Shown here piece after piece: positions 6,193 through 14,791 of a DNA stretch of 37,580 bases. The stretch is from IMG/VR virus record IMGVR_UViG_3300045988_049599. The stretch is one strand, 5' to 3'. Made by a program: the position numbers and the translations under genes. Below the pieces are notes generated by a model that searched no databases, had not been told where the DNA came from, and saw nothing but the letters and a program-made list of their open reading frames with translations. Position 1 is the first letter of the stretch, and each line of letters begins with the position of its first letter. The stretch comes from a virus.

Positions 6193-6627
6193 CTATTGTG
6201 TCGTAATGACGAGGTCTAGGCCGCCGTCTTCGGTGTTGATTGCCAGCTGTACGCTGTCCGTGATCGCTAAAATTTCTTTTTCCTTGATAGCGTTCGCGGT
6301 CGCTTCGGCTTGCTGGGCGTATGTCTGGGCCGCATTTTTCGCGTCTACAGCTGCATTGGATGCTGCTTTTGTGTCTGCAAGATTAGTTTGTAGCTGTTCT
6401 GCTACGCCTTGGTCCCATACGGTGGCGATGTCCTCATATCGGGCGTCGCTGTCTCCGGTGTTTACTTTGACGTTTGTCTTTCCGTCGGGCTTTTTGACAA
6501 AGAGCAATTCGCCCGGGCGGATGGCCGGGTTGTATTTCTCCCAGTCCGCCGCTGCGGCGATAGAGTGCTGGATGCGCGAGTAGCCGCCTTTTGTCGTGGT
6601 TGTCGTATTCGTTGTGGTGTCTGCCAT
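6193..6627 (-). CDS. Fibre-associated protein with an Mtd-N-like / hyaluronidase-N-like N-terminal domain and an Ala-rich stalk
   Basis: 144 aa. RIQHSIAAAADWEKYNPAIRPGELLFVKK...VNTGDSDARYEDI resembles the GT.A.W...NP.L..GE....DT...K.GDG motif. It is followed by an A/N/Q-rich coiled region. Confidence 0.55.
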   Translation of the reverse strand: MADTTTNTTTTTKGGYSRIQHSIAAAADWEKYNPAIRPGELLFVKKPDGKTNVKVNTGDSDARYEDIATVWDQGVAEQLQTNLADTKAASNAAVDAKNAAQTYAQQAEATANAIKEKEILAITDSVQLAINTEDGGLDLVITTQ

Positions 6628-6641
6628 TATTTCTCACCTCC

Positions 6642-7100
6642 TTACATAGCAGCAGGGCCAGCGCCTACTATAAAATGTCCGTTCCCCATTTCTTTTGGGG
6701 GCGGACCGATGATGTCAAAAAGCATAGCGTTGTATGCCGCTTCTACGGCTTCTTTTGTGCCGGCAATGTCATCTTTGTCTTGTGTGGCTATATCTGCCTG
6801 GGCTTTTGCATCGGCAGCGGACTGTTTGGCCTGTGCCGCAGAGTCAGCTGCTTCGCTCAGACTGGGTACATGGACAGAGAAAATATTGCCGTTAATGTCG
6901 GTCATGACCAGGTTATTTTCTGAGTCGGTCGTGACAGATACAATCGTTCCCCGGAGCCATTTATTGACCCAATCCTCTTCCGTGCCCGTGTAGCCGTTCT
7001 GAACAGCTATGTCATAGGCACTATAGCCGCGTTCGCCACGTCGGGCGAAATGGCCGGAAATGCTGCCGCCGCTGCTCAAATGTGCTTTTAATGTCGCCAT
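6642..7100 (-). CDS. Tail-fibre-like protein
   Basis: 152 aa. It has the GERGYSAYDIAVQNGYTGTEEDWVNKWL motif common in phage fibre proteins and an Ala-rich stalk. The C-terminal peptide DIIGPPPKEM..FIVGAGPAAM is shared with 7584-8405. Confidence 0.6.
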   Translation of the reverse strand: MATLKAHLSSGGSISGHFARRGERGYSAYDIAVQNGYTGTEEDWVNKWLRGTIVSVTTDSENNLVMTDINGNIFSVHVPSLSEAADSAAQAKQSAADAKAQADIATQDKDDIAGTKEAVEAAYNAMLFDIIGPPPKEMGNGHFIVGAGPAAM

Positions 7101-7104
7101 CTCA

Positions 7105-7419
7105 TCACCTCGTTACGTCTGCGATGACCCGGAAAAGGGCCGGCCCGACGGTCTGCACTCCGCCGCCCTGGGTCCGGACCTCGATGTCATAAACATAGTC
7201 ACCGGCCTCTAAATCATTCGTCATTTCATGGGTTAGCGACACGACGCCATTTTGGACAGGGGCCTGGAAGACATACGCGTCGTCGGTAATTTTTTTCTTT
7301 ACGCTAAAAACAGCAGTGTAAGGTCCGATGTCCGAACCGTCTTCTTGTGTCAGATTTACGTCAAAGCTGTCCGTATCTCCACGGATATGATAGATGCTTG
7401 TGCCGATTATTTTCAGCAT
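7105..7419 (-). CDS. Small beta-sandwich (Ig-like) fibre-module protein, function unknown
   Basis: 104 aa with an all-beta-looking sequence (IRGDTDSFDVNL...YVYDIEVRT). It has an ATG start and lies within the fibre cluster. Confidence 0.45.
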   Translation of the reverse strand: MLKIIGTSIYHIRGDTDSFDVNLTQEDGSDIGPYTAVFSVKKKITDDAYVFQAPVQNGVVSLTHEMTNDLEAGDYVYDIEVRTQGGGVQTVGPALFRVIADVTR

Positions 7420-7424
7420 TTATT

Positions 7425-7568
7425 TCACCCTTTCTTGCAAATCGTCCAGCCGGTGATGAGCGGATGCGGCCACCATCGGAGACCCGCGCACGCAGTACGC
7501 ATAATCGCAGTGCGGCTACCGCTCCCACCAGCCCCACTCAGTCGAGGCCCCCTGCTTGTATCTGCCAT
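7425..7568 (-). pseudogene. Decayed fragment of a second DGR target C terminus (remnant VR plus scaffold)
   Basis: About 95 nt (7470-7565) align to 5023-5118 of the active target. The homologous frame reads RYKQGASTEWGWWER(stop)PHCDYAYCVRG and has a 1-nt deletion. The distal VR third, including the GC-rich 3' element, is missing. A 47-codon out-of-frame ORF begins MADT like 6193-6627. Confidence 0.6.
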
Positions 7569-7583
7569 GGTCCTTCACCTCCT

Positions 7584-8405
7584 TTAGCTCGATGCCATGG
7601 CTGCCGGTCCTGCGCCGACGATAAAATTAGCCACCGCCATGAACTCGGGGGGCGGTCCTACAATATCGTAGTACATCGCGCGATACATTTTTTCTACGCT
7701 GACCTGCACATCAGCTATCGCGGACTGCGATGCGGCGGCCGCGGCGGCCTGAGTAGATGCGGCGGTGGCACTCGATGCGGCGTCTGTAGCGCTGCTTTTT
7801 GCTTTGCTGGCATAGTCAGCTGCGCTGCTCATCGCGGCCTGAGCGTAGCTATTGCTTGTAGATGCATCAGATGCGCTTTTTGCCGCAGCGGTAGCGCAGT
7901 CGATAGCTTTAGCGGAATTTTCCTGGGCTAGCGCGACGAGCTCTTCGGCGGTCTTCGGCAGTACCAATTCGACCGTTGTTTTGCTGGTCGTGGCGATGCG
8001 CACGTGGAAAACCATCTGTACATTATTACCATCCGTCTTGCATGCTATGTAGCCAGGTGTACTATCGTAGCAAACCCCGTAAAGGATTTCTTTGCCGGCA
8101 CTGTCTTGCGCGAAAATGCCTAGCTCTGTCGCTTCATATCCAGCTTCTACTGCTTCGCTCGTCAGGGATGCAGTGAGTAAGCACGTGCGCACATCGCCGA
8201 CGTCCTCCGTCGTGATGCTCGTAATGATCATTGTATTCTGTGGTGCAAAAAGCGCCGATCGCGCGGCATAATCGTCGATGGTATTTGCCTGCCCACTACC
8301 GAGTTGCATCTTGGTCAGCTTGAGCGTGAGTTTGCCAGCCTCGACGTCCGCCATGAGCTTTGCGCCGGCAGTCGTCAGCGCGTAGCCGCTCGAAAAATTT
8401 GACAT
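7584..8405 (-). CDS. Tail fibre protein (tail-collar-fibre N-terminal domain, Ala/Ser-rich stalk)
   Basis: 273 aa. The N terminus (ALTTAGAKLMADVEAGKLTLKLTKMQLGSG) is paralogous to that of 8420-9385 and resembles the P2 gpH N-terminal type. The C terminus is DIVGPPPEFM..FIVGAGPAAM. Confidence 0.7.
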   Translation of the reverse strand: MSNFSSGYALTTAGAKLMADVEAGKLTLKLTKMQLGSGQANTIDDYAARSALFAPQNTMIITSITTEDVGDVRTCLLTASLTSEAVEAGYEATELGIFAQDSAGKEILYGVCYDSTPGYIACKTDGNNVQMVFHVRIATTSKTTVELVLPKTAEELVALAQENSAKAIDCATAAAKSASDASTSNSYAQAAMSSAADYASKAKSSATDAASSATAASTQAAAAAASQSAIADVQVSVEKMYRAMYYDIVGPPPEFMAVANFIVGAGPAAMASS

Positions 8406-8419
8406 GCTGTGTCACCTCC

Positions 8420-9385
8420 TCATGCTGTGCGATACCATGCATCAACGACGGTGGCGAGCGGCATAATCAACATCCCCGCGCCGCCGCCTGCGTTGTTTGT
8501 TGTGAATGTGTGTGTGTGGTCGCCGTCCGAAGACGTATGACCGTCCACTCTATTGCCATGCCAGCAACCGTCGCCATAGCCTATTGCCTGTGCGTCATTA
8601 TTTCCTTCACACGCATCCCATTGTAAAGCACGCGGCAGCGCGCCACTCGTCCAGTGTCTATGCCTACCGTCCGTATCTGTCGTGCCTCTGTGGCTATGCG
8701 TTGGCATCTCTGGGATAGTAATATTATGCATTTCCTCGCCGGCCGTCTTGCCAGCTGTAAGCGTCTTTCCGGCATAGCTTCCCGACGCCAGCAGGTACGA
8801 CCCTTCAATTTTCTTCCAAGTGCCGCCAAAAGCCGTTGCCGGATCTGCACCACCGATATTCAAATAAACGCTGCCAATCGGGTGTGCGCGGTCTAGAGCT
8901 TTTGTCTCTGCAGCGTCGAGCATCGCTTTTGTAACGTACGTGTCCATTGCGACGGCGATGCTGATACTCGATGCGTTTGATGTCTTGATGTAGACCGTAG
9001 TCAAGATATTGCGTACCAGCGCTCCTGCCTGCTCGGCATTCATCACGTCAGGGTTATTCGCCGTGCTGACAGCAAAAAGCGTCTCGGAGTTATTGTACGT
9101 CGCGTAGACGCCCAGCGTGGCCAGCGTATACGACGCGGACAGGCCGACATTGGTAACGTTGAATTCGAGCTTGACGGTTGTGCTGTCTACTGTAGTGGCT
9201 GATGCCAGTGGGAAGCTCTGTCTTATATCGTCGAGCGATGTGAGCGCTGCAATCGCGCTCTGTGTGTACGTGTGCGAGCTCGTCTTGATGGACGATACCG
9301 TGAAGGTGCCTTTATTAGCGACTGCTTTAGCCAGCAGTGCGCGCCCGGCATCTGTCACTACAAATTGGTTGTAAGTTGCCATCAA
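8420..9385 (-). CDS. Tail fibre protein with a His-rich, tail-collar-like C-terminal domain
   Basis: 321 aa. The N terminus (VVTDAGRALLAKAVANKGTFTVSSIK) is fibre-type. The C terminus has repeated HxH motifs (HSH, HRH, HTHTF) and a PIGSVY...GGTW segment as in tail-collar domains. Confidence 0.7.
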   Translation of the reverse strand: MMATYNQFVVTDAGRALLAKAVANKGTFTVSSIKTSSHTYTQSAIAALTSLDDIRQSFPLASATTVDSTTVKLEFNVTNVGLSASYTLATLGVYATYNNSETLFAVSTANNPDVMNAEQAGALVRNILTTVYIKTSNASSISIAVAMDTYVTKAMLDAAETKALDRAHPIGSVYLNIGGADPATAFGGTWKKIEGSYLLASGSYAGKTLTAGKTAGEEMHNITIPEMPTHSHRGTTDTDGRHRHWTSGALPRALQWDACEGNNDAQAIGYGDGCWHGNRVDGHTSSDGDHTHTFTTNNAGGGAGMLIMPLATVVDAWYRTA

Positions 9386-10020
9386 ATACCTCCTACATAC
9401 AAAGTAAGTCTTTCTGTCGTTGTCATCGCCATAGCAACGTAGAATGTCGATTCTGGGGCGATTTTTTCAACGGCTGCCGGATAAACATCAATGGTTTTTA
9501 CCGTGGATTTCAGCATGGCAATGTGGTTCTCTATGTTTGTATCTGCGTGCGCTTTATACACCTGTCCGATATGAGCTGGGATATATGTACGCACGTCTTT
9601 GGCAATACCAAGTAGGCTCGCTTTATCAACAAGCGGGATGTTGAAATCGGCGCTATACGTTTCAGGATGGTCAGTAACAGCGCCACTTTTGTCGGGTATA
9701 TATTGATTGATTAGCTCCCGAAGGAAGTCTACTGTCACAGCTTTATTTCCTTGCATTTTGCGTATTATCACTTGACGCCTATATTCATTGGTTTTTGTGT
9801 TGTCTACTGGGATGTCTAAAAAATTTTCCCAGTTATCCAACCCCCAAGTGGCGGTCGATACAAATAGCTGACTAATTATATCGATCAATGTTTGCCTTAC
9901 GTCTTCATGCGCTCCTGATTCTACTTCTAATTTTGCGGCAAATTCAGGATCTTTTAGCAAAAATGGCGGCAAATATACGCTTAAATCTACTTTTTTATCT
10001 CTTATAAAATCATTCGTCAT
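9382..10020 (-). CDS. Baseplate protein, XkdU/DUF2313-like
   Basis: 212 aa. YLPPFLLKDPEF...FVSTATWGLDNWENFLDI is the characteristic motif. It lies immediately after the baseplate J gene. Confidence 0.7.
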   Translation of the reverse strand: MTNDFIRDKKVDLSVYLPPFLLKDPEFAAKLEVESGAHEDVRQTLIDIISQLFVSTATWGLDNWENFLDIPVDNTKTNEYRRQVIIRKMQGNKAVTVDFLRELINQYIPDKSGAVTDHPETYSADFNIPLVDKASLLGIAKDVRTYIPAHIGQVYKAHADTNIENHIAMLKSTVKTIDVYPAAVEKIAPESTFYVAMAMTTTERLTLYVGGI

Positions 10021-11071
10021 TTATTGTCACCGTCAATTCTTGCAAGCGAGGCATTTCCTCGTCGGACAGTATTACGTTTTTAGCTTCCCCATTTAGTTGT
10101 AGATTGTCATAATCTGCAACTCCGTCTGTATCCAGTATTGCTTTGCCTATTTTAGCAATCGACACATGTCCCTCCTTAAATGCTTCTATTTGCAAGTATT
10201 TATTAATTGCTATCTGCAAATCTGTTTTATACTCTTTGCCCTTATTCTGTACTACTGTTACTATCGCCGATACCGTACACTGTTTTATGCTCGGCGTCAC
10301 TACGGTTACATTCGCGCCGATGGGCCGTACAGTCTCGATGTAGTCCGCTGTTTTTTTAATCAAAGCCTCCGAGGCCTGGTTATTGTCGCTGTCGGCAATG
10401 ATGACTTTTACTGTCCCATTGCCGTTCCACAGCGGCACAACCTTGGCCGTGCCTACGCCGCCGACCGACAGCGCCCATTCCCGGTAATGGTTCGCATTGC
10501 CCGACGTGATGGGGTTCCGGACATGCAGATACAGCCGGTTCAACAGTGATTCGTCTGATTCCGCATTATAGCCGTCATACGTCGCATTGTTATTGATGAC
10601 GGACGATATACCGGCGATAGTGACGGGAATCTTCGTGATTGTCTTGGCCGCGACGTTGCCCGATGTGCCGGCATCTACGGCACGGACAGGTACGTCGCCG
10701 CTTTTTTCGATTGTCACTGATTTGACCGCTTCAAAAGTGATCCCGTTTTCTGTGGCAAACAGGGAGCCCACAGGGACGACGCCGTTGCCTGTTACGGTGA
10801 CAGTTCCCTGGGCCTGTACGGCGTCTTTGCGGTCAATGCCGTGTTCAGCGGCTCGCATGGTCAGGTATTCGCCCCACGATGTTTCTGCAAAGGCCGCTTC
10901 CATCATCAAATTCATTTCGATGTAGGCTTTTTCAAACTCTACGGCATTGGCTGCCAGGTTGTCGCCGACAAAGGTGCCGGACACGTCGGACAGCGAGCCG
11001 CCGTATAGGTTTTCATATGCGTTCTTTAGCTCTTGTAGTACCCTATCCTGGGTCTTGATTTCAAAGGCCAC
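10010..11071 (-). CDS. Baseplate J-like protein (XkdT-like)
   Basis: 353 aa of typical size, in the typical position. It has the MRAAEHGIDRKDAVQAQGTVTVTG motif. Confidence 0.8.
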   Translation of the reverse strand: MAFEIKTQDRVLQELKNAYENLYGGSLSDVSGTFVGDNLAANAVEFEKAYIEMNLMMEAAFAETSWGEYLTMRAAEHGIDRKDAVQAQGTVTVTGNGVVPVGSLFATENGITFEAVKSVTIEKSGDVPVRAVDAGTSGNVAAKTITKIPVTIAGISSVINNNATYDGYNAESDESLLNRLYLHVRNPITSGNANHYREWALSVGGVGTAKVVPLWNGNGTVKVIIADSDNNQASEALIKKTADYIETVRPIGANVTVVTPSIKQCTVSAIVTVVQNKGKEYKTDLQIAINKYLQIEAFKEGHVSIAKIGKAILDTDGVADYDNLQLNGEAKNVILSDEEMPRLQELTVTINDE

Positions 11072-11074
11072 GGC

Positions 11075-11527
11075 TTACACCTCCGTTTCTATTTCGGCTT
11101 TTCCGTATATCGTCGTGACGGACAATTTCATGATGATCTTTTTCTTGGTCCTGGTTACGCCGGCGGCGGTCACCCGCTTGATGTAGGGATTTACCAGCAG
11201 CCCTTCTTTGATGTATTGGAAAAGCAGCGTCTGAGATATGCCGTCATTCGGCGTTTTCCCCACGAAGCGCTCCAGCTCCATGCCGTAGTCATCAAAATAG
11301 GCCCGGTAGCGGTATCGCTCTACTAAGAGCGCCTTACGTATCCACACTTTCATGGCCTCGTTTTGGGTCAGCACTTTATGCGTCCCGTCGCGGTTATAAA
11401 TAAATTTATTATGCTCGAAGTCCCAGGCCAGCTCTTTAAACTCTGGCAAATCGTCCCGATCTGTCAGGGCTGACGACGGCGTCAATGCCGAAGTCGTTCC
11501 GGCTGTCATAAAAGGATTGGTCGGCAT
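11075..11527 (-). CDS. Baseplate wedge protein, XkdS/DUF2634-like
   Basis: 150 aa. ELAWDFEHNKF...EAMKVWIRKALLVERYRYRAYFDDYGMELERFVG matches the family pattern. Confidence 0.7.
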   Translation of the reverse strand: MPTNPFMTAGTTSALTPSSALTDRDDLPEFKELAWDFEHNKFIYNRDGTHKVLTQNEAMKVWIRKALLVERYRYRAYFDDYGMELERFVGKTPNDGISQTLLFQYIKEGLLVNPYIKRVTAAGVTRTKKKIIMKLSVTTIYGKAEIETEV

Positions 11528-11537
11528 GGTCTCACCT

Positions 11538-11951
11538 CTAATCTAAATAGCGTAATTTACCGAAAACGATGAATTTTTGTCCACCCCGCATGTCCTCTTT
11601 CGTATACAGCGGGATAAGGGCTACCCGGTCGCCCGGCTTCCATGTGTCGGTCAATGTTTCGTCGTTGTTGACCGGGTGGTTGTGGCTCTCATATGCCGCA
11701 TCCCCGGACCCGCCGCCAGTATAATCGGTAGACCCGACGACGTGCCGTGTGTGCCCGGGTATCCAATATTCATCTACTAGTATTTGCTCTTTCGTCAGCG
11801 TCATGCCGTTATAGCTGATTTTGATATCTGGCGGCCCGCTGATGACCAGCCCGACGCTCGCCCCGTTCTGTATCCCATTGCGCTGTGATACGGCCGCTAT
11901 AAGTCCTAATATGCCCTTGTACGGGTCATTGGTATTCTTCATAGCGGTCAT
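11538..11951 (-). CDS. Baseplate protein, XkdR/DUF2577-like
   Basis: 137 aa. Assigned by synteny between the XkdQ-like and XkdS-like genes and the GLVISGPPDIKISYNGMTL pattern. Confidence 0.6.
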   Translation of the reverse strand: MTAMKNTNDPYKGILGLIAAVSQRNGIQNGASVGLVISGPPDIKISYNGMTLTKEQILVDEYWIPGHTRHVVGSTDYTGGGSGDAAYESHNHPVNNDETLTDTWKPGDRVALIPLYTKEDMRGGQKFIVFGKLRYLD

Positions 11952-13966
11952 CCTTTCGACGTCTTGATAATGTAGGCAGGGTATTCGCTACGTCCCATGG
12001 ACGTACTGCCTTGCTGGTGATGCCATTCTGTTGCGGTTGAACTGTTATGCCAGACGCCGCCTTCTCCGTCGTAGGCGCCGACGTGGGCCCAATCGGAGTC
12101 ATCGGCTTCCCGGTAGACGATGGTGTCGCCCTTTTCCAGCTGGCTTTCGTCATACGCAATGACGCTTAGGCCGGCACTCTGTGCGTCCTGGTAGAGCGTC
12201 CCGACGCCCATGGTCCCTTTGTTGTATTCGTTTTTAAGGAATGGCGACCAGTAGGACCCGGCTTGAGTCAATCGGTATACACAGCCGTTTGGCACATAAT
12301 CGCCTTGGGCATTGTACAGGGCTTGGCATCCGGTATCGACGTTCTGGCCAACACTCGACATGTCGATATTGGTATCGGCGGCGGTCCCGGATGTCTTGTG
12401 GCTGCCACTCGATTTGAATACCGGTGTCGCCAGGTTTTCGACTTTGATCGTCGGCGTTTCCGGATTAGCCGGCATGTATTCCAGCGTCAGGTTCATGGTA
12501 TGCATGTTGTTTTCAAATTTGTGCGTGTCGGCTTTGATGTAAAACTTGCCTTTTAGTTGCTGTTCCTGGACAGTCACACAAAAACCGCTGATACAGTTGA
12601 TATTGCCCAGACCGGACAGGCTCGATTCTTCCTTTATCCGCTTCAACTGCGCCTTGGCCGCGGCGACGTTGTCTGTCTGCTGGTCCTTTGGGTTCTGCAT
12701 CTTATAGACGGCCTGTAATGTCCCGTAATGGGTCATGTCGTCCTCGATGCTGTAGACCTGGCAGATATTCCCGACGTCGTCCACGGATTTGACCCGGTTA
12801 ATCATGTCTTCGATGCTTTGGCTGTGTTCGGTGTGCTCAATCTGTACGTCGTCTGACAAAATGTCATTCGTCGCCAGCGTCCCTTTCTGTACGACCTGTA
12901 CTCTATCCAGCTTGCAGTATACGGCAAATTCGCCACCGCCGCCGGTCGTCTCTTCGTTTGTCTGACTGGTGGTGGTATCGCCGTCGCCGGTGTCTTGCGG
13001 GATGGTCTGGGAATTGCTTCGGACGAGTTCTTTGTATCGTTCGGCCGCTGGTCCGGCGCCATTGTAGGCCCGTACGCCTTCCCATACATCGCCGTTTTGT
13101 TCGTCGATTTTGCGTTTGAGGATGTACATGCCGGCCTGGGCGTTCTGCTTGTAGCTGGTCCGCCATTTCGGATACAGCGAGTCGACACCATAGTCGGCGG
13201 CGGTTCCTTCCGTTATCTGCATCAGGCCGCCGTTCTGTCGGTCCATATAGATATTGTTAATGTCGTCGCCGCCTGTTTCTCGTGCCGCCATGCCCAGGGC
13301 GATATGCGGGTCGATGCCGTTTTGACGCGCTGCGTCGATGATGGCCACGCAAAACTTGTTGCCTTCATAGGCTCCGTGTGTCCCGGTGCCGGTCGTCGTT
13401 TTCGACAGCGTCTTTTTCCGCGACTCGCCTTTGAGCATCTGGAATACTTCTGTACAGCTCTTGCCGTCGGCGATAAAAGATACTTTGGCATCCATCTTCG
13501 GGATGTCGTCGGCGACAGGGATGCCGATTTCGGCGCATGTCTGTTTGATGACGTCTGTGATGGCGACGTCGCTAAATTTTAGATAGACCTGCGACTTGGC
13601 TAAAAAGATCATGTCGTCGTAAGCGACATAATCAAAGGTATAGTCGTTCGTGTTGCGCTTGACGTAGAAGATCCGGCCGCTGAAAATCTGCTGGCCGTCA
13701 TAGTAGGCATAAATGAAGCCGCCTAGCTTGAGTAGTACCGCCTGGAACGTGCTGTCGTTGGCGGCCGTATTGTAGGCAATTTTAAACGTAATCTTGCGGG
13801 CGGCGCTGTCCAGGTCCCCGCTCCATTCGACACTAGGTATGTAGTTCGTAACGTCCAGCATGGAGACGGGGTCTGCTACGCTTTTGCCGTTCTTTTTGTC
13901 CTCTTCGGCGGATTTCTTTTCCGCCTCTGTCTGTGGCGGGTCGGAATAAAATACTTGCAGTCCCAC
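11948..13966 (-). CDS. XkdQ-like baseplate hub / tail-associated lysin with SLT lytic transglycosylase and CHAP/NlpC-P60-like domains
   Basis: 672 aa. The centre has MAARETGG...GGLMQITEGTA...AYNGAG (SLT signature). The C terminus has NGCVYRLTQAG...DWAHVGAYDG (Cys/His peptidase pattern). Confidence 0.75.
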   Translation of the reverse strand: MGLQVFYSDPPQTEAEKKSAEEDKKNGKSVADPVSMLDVTNYIPSVEWSGDLDSAARKITFKIAYNTAANDSTFQAVLLKLGGFIYAYYDGQQIFSGRIFYVKRNTNDYTFDYVAYDDMIFLAKSQVYLKFSDVAITDVIKQTCAEIGIPVADDIPKMDAKVSFIADGKSCTEVFQMLKGESRKKTLSKTTTGTGTHGAYEGNKFCVAIIDAARQNGIDPHIALGMAARETGGDDINNIYMDRQNGGLMQITEGTAADYGVDSLYPKWRTSYKQNAQAGMYILKRKIDEQNGDVWEGVRAYNGAGPAAERYKELVRSNSQTIPQDTGDGDTTTSQTNEETTGGGGEFAVYCKLDRVQVVQKGTLATNDILSDDVQIEHTEHSQSIEDMINRVKSVDDVGNICQVYSIEDDMTHYGTLQAVYKMQNPKDQQTDNVAAAKAQLKRIKEESSLSGLGNINCISGFCVTVQEQQLKGKFYIKADTHKFENNMHTMNLTLEYMPANPETPTIKVENLATPVFKSSGSHKTSGTAADTNIDMSSVGQNVDTGCQALYNAQGDYVPNGCVYRLTQAGSYWSPFLKNEYNKGTMGVGTLYQDAQSAGLSVIAYDESQLEKGDTIVYREADDSDWAHVGAYDGEGGVWHNSSTATEWHHQQGSTSMGRSEYPAYIIKTSKG

Positions 13967-13984
13967 GTTATCACCTCCACTGTA

Positions 13985-14791
13985 TTACCATTTTGTCAGC
14001 CACTTGCCATCTTTATAGCGGACGCCGGCTTTGAGGACGTGCATGACCGTCCCGCCTTTGATGGGTCCGCCTTTTAGCAGGGCCTTGGCCATCTTTACGC
14101 GCCGTATGCTCTGCCTGGCAACCCCGACAGTCCGCCGGACGGCTTTGGCTGCCATATCGATACGGTCCATCTGTTTCGGCATGGCCGTCACTTGCTTTTC
14201 AAACTGCTCTACCGACGTCCTCGGGTACAGGCCGCTGGCATAGGTCTTACTACTGAATTTGCTGTAATCGCTGGTAATGATACCCGTACCGTTTGCCGTG
14301 TCCGCCTGTAGCTGTGTAGCCGGCGGAAAATCCCGGTACTCTTTCAAGGACAGGGAAAAATATACGTCCCCAGTCCCGTCCTTTTCGCCGTACGTAAAAT
14401 CTTCGATGCTACATTTCATGCTGACGTCCGTCCCGGATACAGTCAGGCTGCACGGCTCCGCCTCGTCCTGGAATCCTTTAATCGTCGACACATAGCCGTA
14501 TGGGTCTTGCGACGGATACGACACTTCCCAGCCATAGGCTTCGGCCGGGAAAAAGGAAGAAATCTCCAGGGTCCGCAAGCCGGCTTTCCCGAGCATGTTC
14601 ATTTCGCCCAGGGCGTTGATAGTCAGCGTCGAGTTGTTGCGCGGGTTCTTTATCGCATAGCTCGACGGGTTGACCGGGAACGTGACGCTGTCGAAGCCGC
14701 AAGACAGGGTAAACAGAATCTCTTCTCCGCCGAATCCATCGCCGCCGAAAACCGTGGCCAGCGAATCTAAATAACTCAAGAAATCGGCCAT
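13985..14791 (-). CDS. XkdP-position tail protein (distal tail / baseplate)
   Basis: 268 aa. Its start overlaps the tape-measure stop (TAATG). The motif VTFPVNPSSY...ISSFFP...DVYFSLSLKEYR is typical of the protein following the TMP in Xkd-like tails. Confidence 0.6.
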   Translation of the reverse strand: MADFLSYLDSLATVFGGDGFGGEEILFTLSCGFDSVTFPVNPSSYAIKNPRNNSTLTINALGEMNMLGKAGLRTLEISSFFPAEAYGWEVSYPSQDPYGYVSTIKGFQDEAEPCSLTVSGTDVSMKCSIEDFTYGEKDGTGDVYFSLSLKEYRDFPPATQLQADTANGTGIITSDYSKFSSKTYASGLYPRTSVEQFEKQVTAMPKQMDRIDMAAKAVRRTVGVARQSIRRVKMAKALLKGGPIKGGTVMHVLKAGVRYKDGKWLTKW

